A DNA stretch of 64,000 nt from a virus. How positions within the stretch are numbered: position 1 is the stretch's first letter; each line of letters starts with the position of its first letter. Below are positions 63,512 through 64,000 of this stretch, piece by piece. The DNA lies in IMG/VR virus record IMGVR_UViG_3300006880_000001, positions 32,001 through 96,000 of that record; one strand, given 5' to 3'. Under the pieces are notes generated by a model, which did no database searches, was not told the DNA's origin, and saw only the letters and a list, made by a program, of their open reading frames with translations. The position numbers were made by a program, and so were the translations under genes.

Positions 63512-64000
63512 GTGACCTGCCAGACCTGCCAGACCTGCGGGCGCACGAGGATGACGGACGAGGAGTGGCAACGTCTTCGCGACACCATCGACGCCCTCGG
63601 GCTCCGGCACGAATGGTGGCGACGCGTTCGCGAGATGGCCCCGCACCTCTTCCCAGGGAAGTGCTACGGGAGCACGGACTGCGTTCCCATCGACTGGAAG
63701 TCTCGTGCGGTCGCCGCCGAAGCCGACCTGGTGAAGCTCGCGACCTGCGTGCACGGCGACCGCGCCGACATCGTCGTCTGGCCGCTATGGTTCGACGGCA
63801 AGACCCGCGTCGACATCGTCTGGTGTCGCCGTTGCGGCGCCGCGCGTGTGGACAAGGACGGCCGTCAGGGAGAATGGATGCGGCCCTACCAAGTTCGCGT
63901 CCAAGCCGCGGAAGGGAATGGTCACCCCGGCGTGGTAGATTCTTCGGATGAACCTCCCGACACCGCCGAACGGCGCGACGATCGAGGCGGCCTTCAAGGC
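63512..64000 (+). CDS. Cys-rich hypothetical protein, open to window end
   Basis: GTGA overlap; TCQTCQTCG...C.H...WCRRCG; no stop before end. Confidence 0.5.
   Translation, partial: MTCQTCQTCGRTRMTDEEWQRLRDTIDALGLRHEWWRRVREMAPHLFPGKCYGSTDCVPIDWKSRAVAAEADLVKLATCVHGDRADIVVWPLWFDGKTRVDIVWCRRCGAARVDKDGRQGEWMRPYQVRVQAAEGNGHPGVVDSSDEPPDTAERRDDRGGLQG

Noticed and set aside
1-64000. Genome-wide stop-codon reassignment suggested by the CUA-loop RNA
   Set aside because: Recognisable genes are uninterrupted under the standard code and many end in TAG at sensible positions.

Overview
High-GC, gene-dense window that reads as part of a large, tailless, membrane-containing bacterial virus (or provirus). 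I see a candidate single-jelly-roll-type major capsid gene (29452-30144) with a diverged second copy (13708-14406), two beta-helix spike genes, many small membrane and Arg-rich core proteins, a transglutaminase-fold cysteine enzyme, an amidase, a holin-like gene, a Dda/RecD-like helicase, an HNH nuclease and a glycosyl/methyltransferase cluster. No terminase, portal, tail, polymerase, integrase or packaging ATPase was recognised. The unusual signals are: (1) five non-canonical tRNA-like genes in two loci behind the same TTGACA-N17-TAGGTT promoter; two carry a shared 52-nt insert that reads PTTPLAGLG-stop, and one has an expanded anticodon loop complementary to the CAUU at an apparent +1 frameshift in the adjacent peptidyl-tRNA hydrolase gene; (2) a recurrent Leu-x-Gly motif, often followed by a poly-Arg tail, on putative virion proteins; (3) a vWA/E2/JAB/Ubl/E1 ubiquitin-like operon next to the tRNA-like locus; (4) two dispersed promoter motifs (GATCG-N6-CGATC and GTCAC-N~10-TAnnnT) that split the genes into structural and non-structural classes, mostly with leaderless starts. 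All protein calls come from motif recognition by eye; no searches or folding programs were run, and start codons were often moved from the ORF track using the promoter motifs.
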